From a virus: 64,000 nt of DNA. The position numbers and the translations under genes were made by a program. Below are positions 9,236-18,711 of this stretch, piece by piece. The notes under the pieces are model-generated. The model was given only the letters and a program-made list of their open reading frames with translations. It did no database searches and had not been told where the DNA came from. Position 1 is the first letter of the stretch; every line of letters begins with the position of its first letter. The stretch is from positions 20,685 to 84,684 of the IMG/VR virus record IMGVR_UViG_3300020548_000009; one strand, 5' to 3'.

Positions 9236-9896
9236 TCAACTCACCTTTCACTGTTACTGTTTCGGACAGGCGTTGCTCGCGCGCAGCCTTGATTGCGTTC
9301 CAGCCTTTAGGTACGACTCCATTGAGGCCGTTCATTGGCTGATTTGCTGGGTCACACTCTGACCAGCGATTCACAAGCGCAGACGGTGTCATCGTTGCGT
9401 TTGGAAACTTTTGTCTATAAATAGCGGCTCTTGCCTGAATGTCTTCAGGCGTAGCCTCGCACTCATTGAGCACTCGTACCATTCGCCCATAGCGAGATGC
9501 CTCAGAAGAGTTCACTTTGTCTGGGTTTACGTTGCAGACAACCAAGAGCGTGTCCCAAATTGGGTTTCTTTCGCGCTTGGAAACTGCCTTTTTCTTCTGT
9601 GGGGCAACAACCTCAACTTCCGTAGAGATGGAAGCCTTTTTGTGAGTCACAATTTTGTAGAGGCTTGAGGTTCCATGACGCTTTACTACTTCAAGTTCGC
9701 CAAGGGCCACCAAGTCCTGCAAACGGCGCTTCACCGTTCGCTCAGACACATTTGCGCGCCTAGCAATAACGCTGATGCGCGGAAAAGCATCCTCACCTTC
9801 GCTATTGCAATGGTCTGCAATAACCAAAAGGATTAGGCGCTCAATGCCTTGAGCCTTTGAGTTCTCAAAGACCCAGTCCATGATTTTAATTGACAT
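9228..9896 (-). CDS. HTH replication initiator-like protein
   Basis: LILLVIAD...AFP.I..IA......ERTV.R.L..L...G.L winged helix; C-term TPSAL..RW. Confidence 0.75.
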   Translation of the reverse strand: MSIKIMDWVFENSKAQGIERLILLVIADHCNSEGEDAFPRISVIARRANVSERTVKRRLQDLVALGELEVVKRHGTSSLYKIVTHKKASISTEVEVVAPQKKKAVSKRERNPIWDTLLVVCNVNPDKVNSSEASRYGRMVRVLNECEATPEDIQARAAIYRQKFPNATMTPSALVNRWSECDPANQPMNGLNGVVPKGWNAIKAAREQRLSETVTVKGELNV

Positions 9897-10065
9897 TCTT
9901 CCTCGCTGATTCTGTTGCTATCCGAACTAATGACTGCGCAATGACCTCTCGACTGTACCGGAGTGCGGAAGCAATACCGTGTATTGAGGGCGTCTTTTTT
10001 GCTTTGCGCAAGTACTGAAAAACCGTTATATCCACAATATCTGGATTGTCGCGTGTAGGAATCAT
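9886..10065 (-). CDS. 59-aa HTH protein absent from the ORF track
   Basis: MIPTRDNPDIVDITVFQYLRKAKKTPSIHGIASALRYSREVIAQSLVRIATESARKNVN; ATGA-coupled to the upstream gene. Confidence 0.6.
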   Translation of the reverse strand: MIPTRDNPDIVDITVFQYLRKAKKTPSIHGIASALRYSREVIAQSLVRIATESARKNVN

Positions 10066-10604
10066 TGTTTCTTCCTAATCGAAACCCGCTCACTCTTTTC
10101 TACTTCACAAAAATCGTCTGGGTTGAGGCCCGGAATCATTGCCCGCAAGGCAGTGACACGCCAGTCGGCGACTCGCGCCGCCTTCGTTACGTGGTCAACG
10201 ACAGTGTCAATAAGTGGCTTTGCCACCGTTGATAGGTCGATTACTTCGCCAGTGGCTGGGTCAACGACAATTGATGATTCCTCAGCAAGAGCCTTGTTTA
10301 CTACAGCCTCAAGAAGAACCTGATGGTCCCAATTCTTTCTGGTTGAAGCAATTTTTCGCTCAGCGGTGTAACTGCCACGCTCAAGGAACTTATCGCCGTT
10401 CATCCTCATGTGCTCGGTAAGAAGAGCATTAAGTTTGCCTTCCACATCACGAACAATGTGCTTTAGTTCGCCAATGTGGACGAGCGTGTCAAACACCTCG
10501 TCCTGATTGATTTCTTCTGCTCCACGCTCAATTCTGGCAATTGTCTTGCCAAGCGAGTCAGAAAGTGTTTCTGATACTGAATCAATTACTTCGTGCATTT
10601 GCAT
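10062..10604 (-). CDS. hypothetical protein in replication/recombination module
   Basis: 180 aa with coiled coil and VDPATGEV motif. Confidence 0.65.
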   Translation of the reverse strand: MQMHEVIDSVSETLSDSLGKTIARIERGAEEINQDEVFDTLVHIGELKHIVRDVEGKLNALLTEHMRMNGDKFLERGSYTAERKIASTRKNWDHQVLLEAVVNKALAEESSIVVDPATGEVIDLSTVAKPLIDTVVDHVTKAARVADWRVTALRAMIPGLNPDDFCEVEKSERVSIRKKQ

Positions 10605-10605
10605 T

Positions 10606-10953
10606 TCACTCTCTCCAAACGTTGATTTTTAAACCTGGTTGATTGACATTTGTGCTTGATACGACAATGGAATGGACGGATGCATTCCATTTTTCTCCAG
10701 CATCAAGTTTTGGCGCCATGATTAACGCAATAAGTCGTGGCAAATGGCCAATCGTGCCATTTGCTGTGTCCACGCGAATTGAGTTTTCGTCGTGCTCGTT
10801 GTCGGGCTCACGCACCAAGGAGCACGGAGCATTCATGACTGCCGTATCTTTGGCAAGTGCATAAATGTTTTCCGGATAGTCCTTGGAGAACGATACCCCT
10901 ACAACTTTGGTGACGAATTGTTCTGGCATTGTTCCGTCGATGTACGACGTCAT
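10606..10953 (-). CDS. stand-alone HIRAN domain protein
   Basis: KVVGVSF...LVREPDNEHDENSIRV...IGHLPR..A..MAP.LD. Confidence 0.85.
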   Translation of the reverse strand: MTSYIDGTMPEQFVTKVVGVSFSKDYPENIYALAKDTAVMNAPCSLVREPDNEHDENSIRVDTANGTIGHLPRLIALIMAPKLDAGEKWNASVHSIVVSSTNVNQPGLKINVWRE

Positions 10954-11798
10954 TCAGTTTCCGAAGCAGCCTCGAATACCTGAACCATCTTGTCGTACTC
11001 TTGCTCGCTCAACTCAGCAGGCCAAGTTGTTGGGTCACCAAGTTGCTCGCGAACAATTTCCTGAATCCGAGGCGAGGAAAAATCAAACATTGACTTAACA
11101 GCCATGACGTCAATCTTTCCGTCATCATCTTTCTTGTTTGCACGGATGCCTTCAAGTGTGATGATGAGGGTGTTCAATTCGGCTTTCTGCATGGGCCAAG
11201 CGCGATTGTTGAGTTTTTCATGCGCGTCACGCAGTGTCTCAAGGTCATCTGGGGAAAGGTCTGAGCAAGACTGCTTGAACAATCGGTGCGCCTCTTCGCG
11301 CTCAGTGTCTGAGCGCCAATCCATAAGCGGCTTTACTGGCTGTTCTTTTGACTCAATCGGGAGTTGTGGCTGTGTCAGCGCAACGCCAGCGACAACGGAT
11401 TTGGTCTCAGTCTGTGGCGCTTGCTTTGGCGGTGTGGGAGTTGCACTTCCAGTTGCTTCGCGAAAACGCATCCACACCTTGAGGTCGTTCATGTTGTCTG
11501 GGTAGCCAGCCTTCTTTAGTGCTCGCCCCATTGCCTTTGAGCAAAGGACGTTCCACGAATCGGTATCGCGACCTTTAGCGTCAGAAAGGGTCTTGTAGCC
11601 AATCATTTGGCGCTCGTCACCAGAGAAGCGAGTGATGGTCGCAATACATACCTTCTCGTCTTTCTTGGAAAACGATGAGGGGATTCCGGCTTCGCCAGCG
11701 GTCCCTTCCGAGAATTCGACAGTGGCATCAGGCCAATCTGCCTTGAACATTGCCCACCTCAGTGAAGTGGAGATGTAATCGTCAAAGTTTATGGGCAT
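10950..11798 (-). CDS. putative single-strand annealing protein (Rad52/Sak-like)
   Basis: N-term FDDY...R...F..D.P and S.AMGRAL..AGY; first gene of the replication module. Confidence 0.4.
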   Translation of the reverse strand: MPINFDDYISTSLRWAMFKADWPDATVEFSEGTAGEAGIPSSFSKKDEKVCIATITRFSGDERQMIGYKTLSDAKGRDTDSWNVLCSKAMGRALKKAGYPDNMNDLKVWMRFREATGSATPTPPKQAPQTETKSVVAGVALTQPQLPIESKEQPVKPLMDWRSDTEREEAHRLFKQSCSDLSPDDLETLRDAHEKLNNRAWPMQKAELNTLIITLEGIRANKKDDDGKIDVMAVKSMFDFSSPRIQEIVREQLGDPTTWPAELSEQEYDKMVQVFEAASETE

Positions 11799-11838
11799 AC
11801 GCCCTCCTAACTTGTTTGTGGTTTATTCGGTTGCGAAC

Positions 11839-11867
11839 ACTATACAGGGGGTGTTCTAGTTTTGCAA
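11839..11867 (-). promoter_or_regulatory. sigma70-type promoter for the replication operon
   Basis: TTGCAA-N17-TATAGT, then AGGAGG SD before ATG 11798. Confidence 0.65.
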
Positions 11868-12026
11868 CTCTCCGCCATCGGTAATCGAATTTTGCTGATT
11901 TTGCTCCTGAAATGCAGCAATTGTGGCCTTGAGGATTGCATTTTCCCGAACCAAGTTTGCTATCTGCATGGTGAGTTCGCCGATAACACGATTCACATCT
12001 GGGGCAATCTGACTTGAAGGGCTCAT
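11856..12026 (-). CDS. 56-aa coiled-coil protein absent from the ORF track
   Basis: MSPSSQIAPDVNRVIGELTMQIANLVRENAILKATIAAFQEQNQQNSITDGGELQN; GGAG SD. Confidence 0.6.
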   Translation of the reverse strand: MSPSSQIAPDVNRVIGELTMQIANLVRENAILKATIAAFQEQNQQNSITDGGELQN

Positions 12027-12029
12027 GAT

Positions 12030-13385
12030 TTATTCTCCGTAGGCTTTCTTGTTTTTATAACTGTACCAAGTAACCGCAGTATGCCTATTCCCAAACAAAA
12101 CTGGATTGACCCTGTGGACAAAAGGAAACGATGATGAAAAAAGGACTATTTTTCCTGCTTTTGGTTCGACAACCAAATTGTGATTTTCAAATACCAGTTC
12201 CCCACCAGAAAAATCATCGTTCAGGAACATAATAACTGATATCACTCTTGGAAATTCAGCACAATCATCTGTGTGGTTATGAAACTTATCGCTTCGTTCA
12301 TACCTCAAAAGAGACCAGGTATGAGACTCTAAATCCAAGATATTATACATTTTTGCAAAGTCTTTTACTATCGGCTCCACTCCTGCCTGAAGGCTTGAAT
12401 ATAAGCGGTTTGCCGGGTCGTGAGGATGGCACTCTTCCGCAGAACTGTTTAAGAAATTTACATAGCAGCGCCTTGCGTTATAGTCGACAGTCGGTTTCCT
12501 GTCCGGACTCAAAACCTCAGCGCGCTTCCAAAATCTAAAACAAACATTTCTAGTGAGTCCGTCAAGAGTGAGCGATGCTTCTCGTGGAACCATGTACTCG
12601 ACAATTCCTGGAGCAAGAACCTTTTTTGACAATATTGGCAATTCGGTTATCTCCACCTCGTCATCAGTAAACTTGCTAAACATTTCCGTGTATGTTCCCA
12701 AAACATTTGAGTAGTCGTGGCACGGGCAAACTGGCTGTTCAACTGGACAATCTGGAAGTGGTATGTATCTGTTTTTATTAAAATATCGAATGTCTCCATC
12801 TCTTCCATATTTTTGCACGCCGTTTTTTTCAGTTTGAATCCAGTGGCTTGGCTGAGTGAAATGCATGAACAAAACAACAGTGCTCAATGAGTCATCCGTG
12901 GTTGGATACGGTGGCCGTGCGTGCATGTGCTGTTGACCAGCGAAAATGATTGCGCTGTTCGCTTCTTGCTTGTAGTCAACCCTCTCAACACGAAGGTCCC
13001 AATTAGCAGTGTTTTCAATTGTTAAATCTATTGTTGTCTGGGTGCCATTCTGGTCATAGTGTTCCCAAAGAGATGGTGTGCAGCCATTTTGAATTTGATA
13101 TCTAGAAACAAAGAAATATGCCTTCTCTAATGTGTCGTCATTAAAGATTTCTCTTGCCATTTTTAGACAGTATTCCTCAATGTCTGGGTCTAGGGATATT
13201 GACGATTCCCATCTACCTATCATCGTGTGATATTGCTTGTTGCCACTTGGGCCAAGTTTTAAATCATCTACAGATTTTTTTACTCTTTTAAATAATTCTT
13301 CTGGCAGAAAATTATTGATTAATTGTGGCTCATCAACCAGCGGCGTTGGCAAATCAAACTTAATTACGCCGTCACGCCTTGGCAT
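12030..13385 (-). CDS. two-domain 2OG-Fe(II) oxygenase, C-terminal domain prolyl-4-hydroxylase-like
   Basis: Domain 1 HYD...HARP; domain 2 HTD...FLNDDFSGGELVF...HRVNPVLFGNR. Confidence 0.85.
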   Translation of the reverse strand: MPRRDGVIKFDLPTPLVDEPQLINNFLPEELFKRVKKSVDDLKLGPSGNKQYHTMIGRWESSISLDPDIEEYCLKMAREIFNDDTLEKAYFFVSRYQIQNGCTPSLWEHYDQNGTQTTIDLTIENTANWDLRVERVDYKQEANSAIIFAGQQHMHARPPYPTTDDSLSTVVLFMHFTQPSHWIQTEKNGVQKYGRDGDIRYFNKNRYIPLPDCPVEQPVCPCHDYSNVLGTYTEMFSKFTDDEVEITELPILSKKVLAPGIVEYMVPREASLTLDGLTRNVCFRFWKRAEVLSPDRKPTVDYNARRCYVNFLNSSAEECHPHDPANRLYSSLQAGVEPIVKDFAKMYNILDLESHTWSLLRYERSDKFHNHTDDCAEFPRVISVIMFLNDDFSGGELVFENHNLVVEPKAGKIVLFSSSFPFVHRVNPVLFGNRHTAVTWYSYKNKKAYGE

Positions 13386-13388
13386 AAA

Positions 13389-13646
13389 TCACCACTTATT
13401 GAGTGGACAAACAGCATGGCCAAGCCTTGCCTTAAGCGGCATTATGCATCCACACTCGCGACATTGGCTTGTTTTGCTAATAAATGAATCGCAACCCTTG
13501 CAAATTTCAAGCCTTGCAGCAACTACATCGTCTGGGACGTGCATTCCAGGATTCAATAGATGCCATGGCCGCGCCTGACCTTGAGCAGCAAGTTTTTTCT
13601 TAAACTTATCCCAGTTTGTTTCAGGTTGGTTCTGTGAAGTTTCCAT
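13389..13646 (-). CDS. small Cys-rich protein (DUF6171-like)
   Basis: RLEICKGC...CRECGC...K.......CP..KW. Confidence 0.65.
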   Translation of the reverse strand: METSQNQPETNWDKFKKKLAAQGQARPWHLLNPGMHVPDDVVAARLEICKGCDSFISKTSQCRECGCIMPLKARLGHAVCPLNKW

Positions 13647-14031
13647 TTGAGTATCCCCATCCAGCCATAACCGCGTAGTTGTCAGCCTCTATCCTTGCAA
13701 GTGTAGCCCCACTTGTTAGCGCGGCAGCAAGAAGTTCACTTGAGATATGTAATACGTATTGAGTATTGCCTTCTTTTTGAATTTCTATTACTGCGTGTCC
13801 TTCTTGAACATTGTGATTGCCAGATTCAGTTACGTCAACAATGTTGCCACCGTTTAGGGCTTCCCAAATTGGCGGGTAGGTTGGGAATGTTGCCACTACC
13901 TGATTGCCCATTATCACCGCAACTGCGACACCCAAAGAAGAGCCCTTTTCCAAGCCGCGTTGCTCGGAGGGAATCCACCTATACCCACACTCGACCCCAT
14001 CGTAAAAAAGCCCAGATGTTTCTGTAATCAT
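13621..14031 (-). CDS. tail-tip accessory/fibre-assembly-like protein
   Basis: C-term AAAL.S...GWGYSNGNF..P, paralogous to the adjacent 66-aa gene. Confidence 0.5.
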   Translation of the reverse strand: MITETSGLFYDGVECGYRWIPSEQRGLEKGSSLGVAVAVIMGNQVVATFPTYPPIWEALNGGNIVDVTESGNHNVQEGHAVIEIQKEGNTQYVLHISSELLAAALTSGATLARIEADNYAVMAGWGYSNGNFTEPT

Positions 14032-14060
14032 TTCATCCTCACAATTTCGTTAGTAAATGC

Positions 14061-14261
14061 TTATTCTTCTGGAGCGTGAAAAGAAGTCCCATCGTATGTC
14101 CACCCAGGCAAAACCTCTGGTGAATCAGTAACTTCGACAACTGTTGGATTACTAGAAAGTCCAGCGGCCCACATAGGCGCTTTTGAATCATAATCATCCT
14201 GCATTACAAGTTGCATAAATACATCGCCTTGAGCGATAAATACGAAACGACGGCGTGCCAT
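14061..14261 (-). CDS. tail-tip accessory/fibre-assembly-like protein
   Basis: AAGLSSNP...GWTYDGTSF..P, directly after Tal. Confidence 0.55.
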   Translation of the reverse strand: MARRRFVFIAQGDVFMQLVMQDDYDSKAPMWAAGLSSNPTVVEVTDSPEVLPGWTYDGTSFHAPEE

Positions 14262-14273
14262 AGTTGTTAAATC

Positions 14274-17200
14274 TTATCCTATGCAGGTATTGGTCGCTAC
14301 ACACGTAAATCCTGGTTCGCATGGCGGGTCACAGACAGGAGGAGGGCTTACTGGCGGAGTAACAGGAGGTGTCACCGGCGGAGTAACTGGCGGAGTAACT
14401 GGCGGCGTGACCGGCGGAGTAACAGGCGGCGTGACCGGCGGAGTAACAGGCGGCGTGACCGGCGGAGTTACCGGCGGCGTTACCGGGGGAGTGTAGATGC
14501 CGTTACAGTCATTCGGCGCGTTCTGGAATGGCGCAAGGCATTGATTTTCATAACCACAAATTTCGTTAATGTAAAGGAACGTCGTGCATAGTTGACCCTC
14601 ATAGGAAGGTTCCACTGGAGATACTGGGTCAACCGGGGCAACTGGACCAACTGGGTCGACCGGGGATACTGGGTCAACTGGGCTTGGCGAACCAGCGCAC
14701 TCTTCAAGACAATAAATTGTTTCCGTGTTGTCATCATGAACAATGCGGGCAAATAACGTAAGGGTATCTGCGTCCCAAAAGAATCCGATTCTGTCCGTGT
14801 AATCATTTGCTTGATATTGAATTCCTTCTTTCCATACTGCAAGTTTTTCTGTTGTTGCCGGGTTGCCATCAGATGCCCACAACTCAAGTTTTTCCCATGT
14901 CAAAATTGATTTTGAACCAAATGAGTCAATGCTTTCTGGACCATTCAATTTCATTCCTGCCGCGTCATACCCTTGACTGTCCGCCCATCCTTCAGCAGAA
15001 TCAAGGTTTCCAATAAACATATTCCCCAAGAATGTGCCGCCAAGTTGTAGATATCCAGGTTGTATTTCCAGGTCTCCGATTTTTCCTGTTGCTGCAGTCA
15101 TGTAACCAGCATTTGTTACCGAAAATGGAGCATTGCTTATGCTGGCGGAACCGGACCACATGTCTCCATTTGCACCAACGTGGAAAGATGTGGCGTCAAA
15201 ACCACCAATATCAATTGTTGAACCAATAATTTGACCAGCAAAATATCCGTCAACTGTGTAAAGGTCACCAGTCACGGAACTAATTTGAGTTACCAAATCT
15301 CCGGCGTTATTGAATGCTCGGAGTCCTGAAGAATCTATGATAATTCGAGGATTAGATGTAGATGTTTGGAGCGTTGGTGCGGTAAGTGTTCCTTGAACCC
15401 ATGTGCCATTTCGTACTGTTACTGAGTTGAGTTCTGCATCTCCAGATGCTTCAATTGTCCATCCGCTTGTGTCTGCAACATAGTTGTTTGAGCGGATTGC
15501 TCCGTTGAACAAGACCTGAGCGCTTGCCGAAGCGGTGAAGGAAAACGGAGGAGATGGCACGCCGGACTGACCGTTTGTCGTATATGGAAGAATTGTAAAT
15601 TGGTATTCTCGCCCAGGAGCAGCAAGATTCTCAAACACTGCAGAGTTTTTGTCTGCGGCAACCGTGGCCGAGTGACGCTCAACAATTCGAGTTACGTCTC
15701 CGACAGATGCTGTTCCTGTTGGGATGTCTGGGCCTACGTCGTCAAATGTAAAAAAAGTTGCTGACGCACTTGTCAAAAACACAAGAGTTCTGTCAAAGTA
15801 TCCGTCTGTAGTGCCAGTGATATTGATTAAGTCGCCAACATTAAAGCCATGCTGGTCATCGACTTCTGCATAAGCAATATTTCCGTCACGGTAGATGTCG
15901 ACAATTGGATAACTAATTGCTATTCCAACACTGTTTTGCTCTTCTCGGTAAACAATCGCTTCGTAATGAGTAGCGCTTGTGTTGTCTGGGGATTCCCAAG
16001 AGGCAACAACTCTGTTGCTCATCCCAACAACTTCAGCGCCAACAGAAGTTCCTGTTGGCGCCAACGGCTTTGATGATGTGCCGCGAAGCGTAAATGTTGG
16101 TATTTCAGCAGCACCGAGACGCCCGTAGTTTGCTGCGTACTTTAGGTTGCTTGCAATATCCTGAAAGATGTCTCCGAAAGTGACTTCAATTGTTTCGTTG
16201 CCGTTTTCGTCGATAGAAGCACTTATCGCACTGATAATTCGTTCGCTGAATACTCCTGTATCAATTTCCACGAGTACTTTGTCGCCAATGTCAAAGTCTT
16301 CCCACGCGGTCATGCCGTCTCGCTCAGCAAATGATGTGGTTATTTGCAACTTGCCATCGCGAACCTGGCGAACCGCAGAGGCAGTGATATTTGCAACGGC
16401 CGGAGCATCTTCCGACGTATTCTCAATAAACATTTCACGGAAACCGTAAGTTCCTGTGCGGTCAGAGATTTGCCTATCCAGATTGAACCCGTCCGAGCCA
16501 TAAACAACTGTTCGTAGTTCAGAAACTGACGTTCGTGTTTCTACGGTCTCCAGCATTGGAAGACTAAAAATGAGTGCTGCAGAACCACTGGTCATGTCAT
16601 CGCCAAATGGTTCGTCAAACACAATTGTGTCAGTGGTAAACGGCCTTACTGCAACACTGATAACGCCGCTTGGCGAGACATGCCAATCCACGCCAGTATT
16701 TGCGGAAACTTCGTTTATTACATCAAGAAGAGTTCGGCCAACTGCAATGTTGAAGTTTCCTCCATCTCGAACGACTCGCCCTTTCGAGTCTGTTTTACCC
16801 AAAGATGATGTGAGGGTTGCATCAAGAGAAAGTGGCCAGTCAACCGCGTATCCGATTCCTCCACGGCCGTTAAGAGTTTTGATTGCGCCAAAGTCTTCCT
16901 TCTTTGTCGAATACTCATAGCCAGTATCTGCTTCTGTAAAGAGGATGTAAAAGGCAGATATTCCAGTGAACGCACCAAGCGAAACTTCGGTCCAGACAAT
17001 GCTTACTGAGCCAACTTGATTTGATGATGTCAGACCACCATTTGATGTAATAGCAAAAGATTTATACCCATTAGTTGTTCCTTCATTTACGAAGGCTGCG
17101 TTGCCGACTTCAAGGTCTGAGATTGGACTTCCGTCTGCCCTTGCAGTGCGCTGAATAACCCAAGGATTTGAAGAGCCACCAATAGAAACAATCCAATAGA

Positions 17201-17834
17201 CACCGTTATGGGCTTGTGTTGTTTGGTTTTTTACAAGGATGGTGTCGCCGACGACCAGGTCTGTAACGCCATCAATTCCGGAGTTGTTTATAGAACCATT
17301 GGCAGTTGCTGTAAGGCGTGCTCCAGCACCAGCCACATCTGTCTGTGGACCAGATTCATAGGTGGCAGAGAGATTGCCAGTCGTTGCAACTCTTACGTTA
17401 TATGCGTAACCGGGGAACAGTCGGTCAAAAAACTTCGGTCGCTGTGTTGTGCCTGCAGTTGCTCGTGCCTGATTGCTGAAATCCTCTGGAAGGACAATTC
17501 CCCACCCAAGAGCAGAAGCAATGCCGCGCCCACCAATAACAAGCGGCTGACTTACTCCGGCGCGGTCAACTTGCACATCCTCAATAAAAAACGTAAATAC
17601 CGGGTCTCCATCTCTGCGAACTTGCAGAGCGTATGGACCGTCAAGCAAAGAATCTCCACGCTCTGCTTGAAAAGCATCAAAGAATGGGTCTGAAAAATCG
17701 TGCTCCAAAGTTGCTGAGCCAACGTCGTTTAATTGGTCGGATAACTGAATTGACTTCCAGCGCGGCAAATACGCAATTGTTTGGTTTGGGTCGTTTGCTA
17801 GAACAACCCAAACATCCCAGGTTGTTTTAGCCAT
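14274..17834 (-). CDS. Tal/baseplate hub-central fibre protein with FN3 and Pro/Cys-rich C-terminus
   Basis: Follows Dit; DFDIGDKVLV...RII.I....E...VTFG hub motif, FN3-like segment, (TPPV)12. Confidence 0.8.
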   Translation of the reverse strand: MAKTTWDVWVVLANDPNQTIAYLPRWKSIQLSDQLNDVGSATLEHDFSDPFFDAFQAERGDSLLDGPYALQVRRDGDPVFTFFIEDVQVDRAGVSQPLVIGGRGIASALGWGIVLPEDFSNQARATAGTTQRPKFFDRLFPGYAYNVRVATTGNLSATYESGPQTDVAGAGARLTATANGSINNSGIDGVTDLVVGDTILVKNQTTQAHNGVYWIVSIGGSSNPWVIQRTARADGSPISDLEVGNAAFVNEGTTNGYKSFAITSNGGLTSSNQVGSVSIVWTEVSLGAFTGISAFYILFTEADTGYEYSTKKEDFGAIKTLNGRGGIGYAVDWPLSLDATLTSSLGKTDSKGRVVRDGGNFNIAVGRTLLDVINEVSANTGVDWHVSPSGVISVAVRPFTTDTIVFDEPFGDDMTSGSAALIFSLPMLETVETRTSVSELRTVVYGSDGFNLDRQISDRTGTYGFREMFIENTSEDAPAVANITASAVRQVRDGKLQITTSFAERDGMTAWEDFDIGDKVLVEIDTGVFSERIISAISASIDENGNETIEVTFGDIFQDIASNLKYAANYGRLGAAEIPTFTLRGTSSKPLAPTGTSVGAEVVGMSNRVVASWESPDNTSATHYEAIVYREEQNSVGIAISYPIVDIYRDGNIAYAEVDDQHGFNVGDLINITGTTDGYFDRTLVFLTSASATFFTFDDVGPDIPTGTASVGDVTRIVERHSATVAADKNSAVFENLAAPGREYQFTILPYTTNGQSGVPSPPFSFTASASAQVLFNGAIRSNNYVADTSGWTIEASGDAELNSVTVRNGTWVQGTLTAPTLQTSTSNPRIIIDSSGLRAFNNAGDLVTQISSVTGDLYTVDGYFAGQIIGSTIDIGGFDATSFHVGANGDMWSGSASISNAPFSVTNAGYMTAATGKIGDLEIQPGYLQLGGTFLGNMFIGNLDSAEGWADSQGYDAAGMKLNGPESIDSFGSKSILTWEKLELWASDGNPATTEKLAVWKEGIQYQANDYTDRIGFFWDADTLTLFARIVHDDNTETIYCLEECAGSPSPVDPVSPVDPVGPVAPVDPVSPVEPSYEGQLCTTFLYINEICGYENQCLAPFQNAPNDCNGIYTPPVTPPVTPPVTPPVTPPVTPPVTPPVTPPVTPPVTPPVTPPVTPPVSPPPVCDPPCEPGFTCVATNTCIG
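14350..14493 (-). repeat. 12 x 12-bp coding repeat, (TPPV)12
   Basis: Units such as ACTCCGCCGGTC and ACGCCGCCTGTT with synonymous variation. Confidence 0.95.
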
Positions 17835-18706
17835 TAGTAATAGGCCTTCCGATAGGAAATTGTCACTGTTCCGGACCCGGATGTGCGGCTACATGAAATC
17901 GTGTTGCTTAATGGGAATATCTCAAACCATGATTGACGAGCGCCAGCACGATACAAATTGGCAATATCATTAACGTTATTTTTCTTTAGCGTCAAAGCGT
18001 CAGTATCAATAACAACAGATTGTCCAGTTGGTATTGTGCCGTTGTAACCAATTGCTGTTTGACTCGAAGCGTAGGTTTCGTTAACAAGGCGAGGATTGGT
18101 CAGATTGTTAGTGGAAGTAAAAGTAATTGTCATATAGGTAATCGGCGCAGTGCCTACTGCGCTCGCGGACATCGGAACCGCAACCGGAGTGGTGGAGAAG
18201 TTTGCAGATGCTGAAGTGCTTGTAAGGGCAAACCATCTTGGGTCAGGAAACTGAACATCAACTGTAAATTCAGTTACGTTCAAGTCACGATGGTCCGAAA
18301 CAGTTACTGCGCCAACAACTTCACCGTAAGCAACTCGCGAAGAATAATTCAAAGGGTTGTCTGGATTGATGCGAACATGGGTGACCGTAAGAAGTTCAGG
18401 CATTTCGTTAAGCAGATTAAAAACCGTGTCGTAGTTTTCGTTGAACTGTGAGCGTCGTCCAGCCTCAGTCGCTGCGACCGAGCCGCTTACTGGGTCATTG
18501 TCACTAACCCAAATGGTCCATGTTTCTGTACGTGTGTCAAGCCGTTTTTCACGCCATTGTGTTCCGTGAATAATGGCCGAGCCAACATTTTCTCCCTTTT
18601 TAGCGGGAATGCCGCGCTCAACACTTGAAAGCATGTAGCCGTGAGTGGCAAGTTCTACCCCATTGACGTCGTACCACTCAAGAACATTTGGAAGCGCTGT
18701 AGACAC
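17834..18706 (-). CDS. distal tail protein (Dit)
   Basis: After tape measure; F...DPRWF, NPRL.N, V.IDT; TAATG-coupled to Tal. Confidence 0.8.
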   Translation of the reverse strand: MSTALPNVLEWYDVNGVELATHGYMLSSVERGIPAKKGENVGSAIIHGTQWREKRLDTRTETWTIWVSDNDPVSGSVAATEAGRRSQFNENYDTVFNLLNEMPELLTVTHVRINPDNPLNYSSRVAYGEVVGAVTVSDHRDLNVTEFTVDVQFPDPRWFALTSTSASANFSTTPVAVPMSASAVGTAPITYMTITFTSTNNLTNPRLVNETYASSQTAIGYNGTIPTGQSVVIDTDALTLKKNNVNDIANLYRAGARQSWFEIFPLSNTISCSRTSGSGTVTISYRKAYY

Positions 18707-18711
18707 CTATA

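Noticed and set aside
14350-14493. CRISPR-like array, or the plus-strand (TGGV)n ORF 14281-14496
   Set aside because: No spacers. It is an in-frame coding repeat of Tal, and the plus-strand ORF is its antisense shadow.
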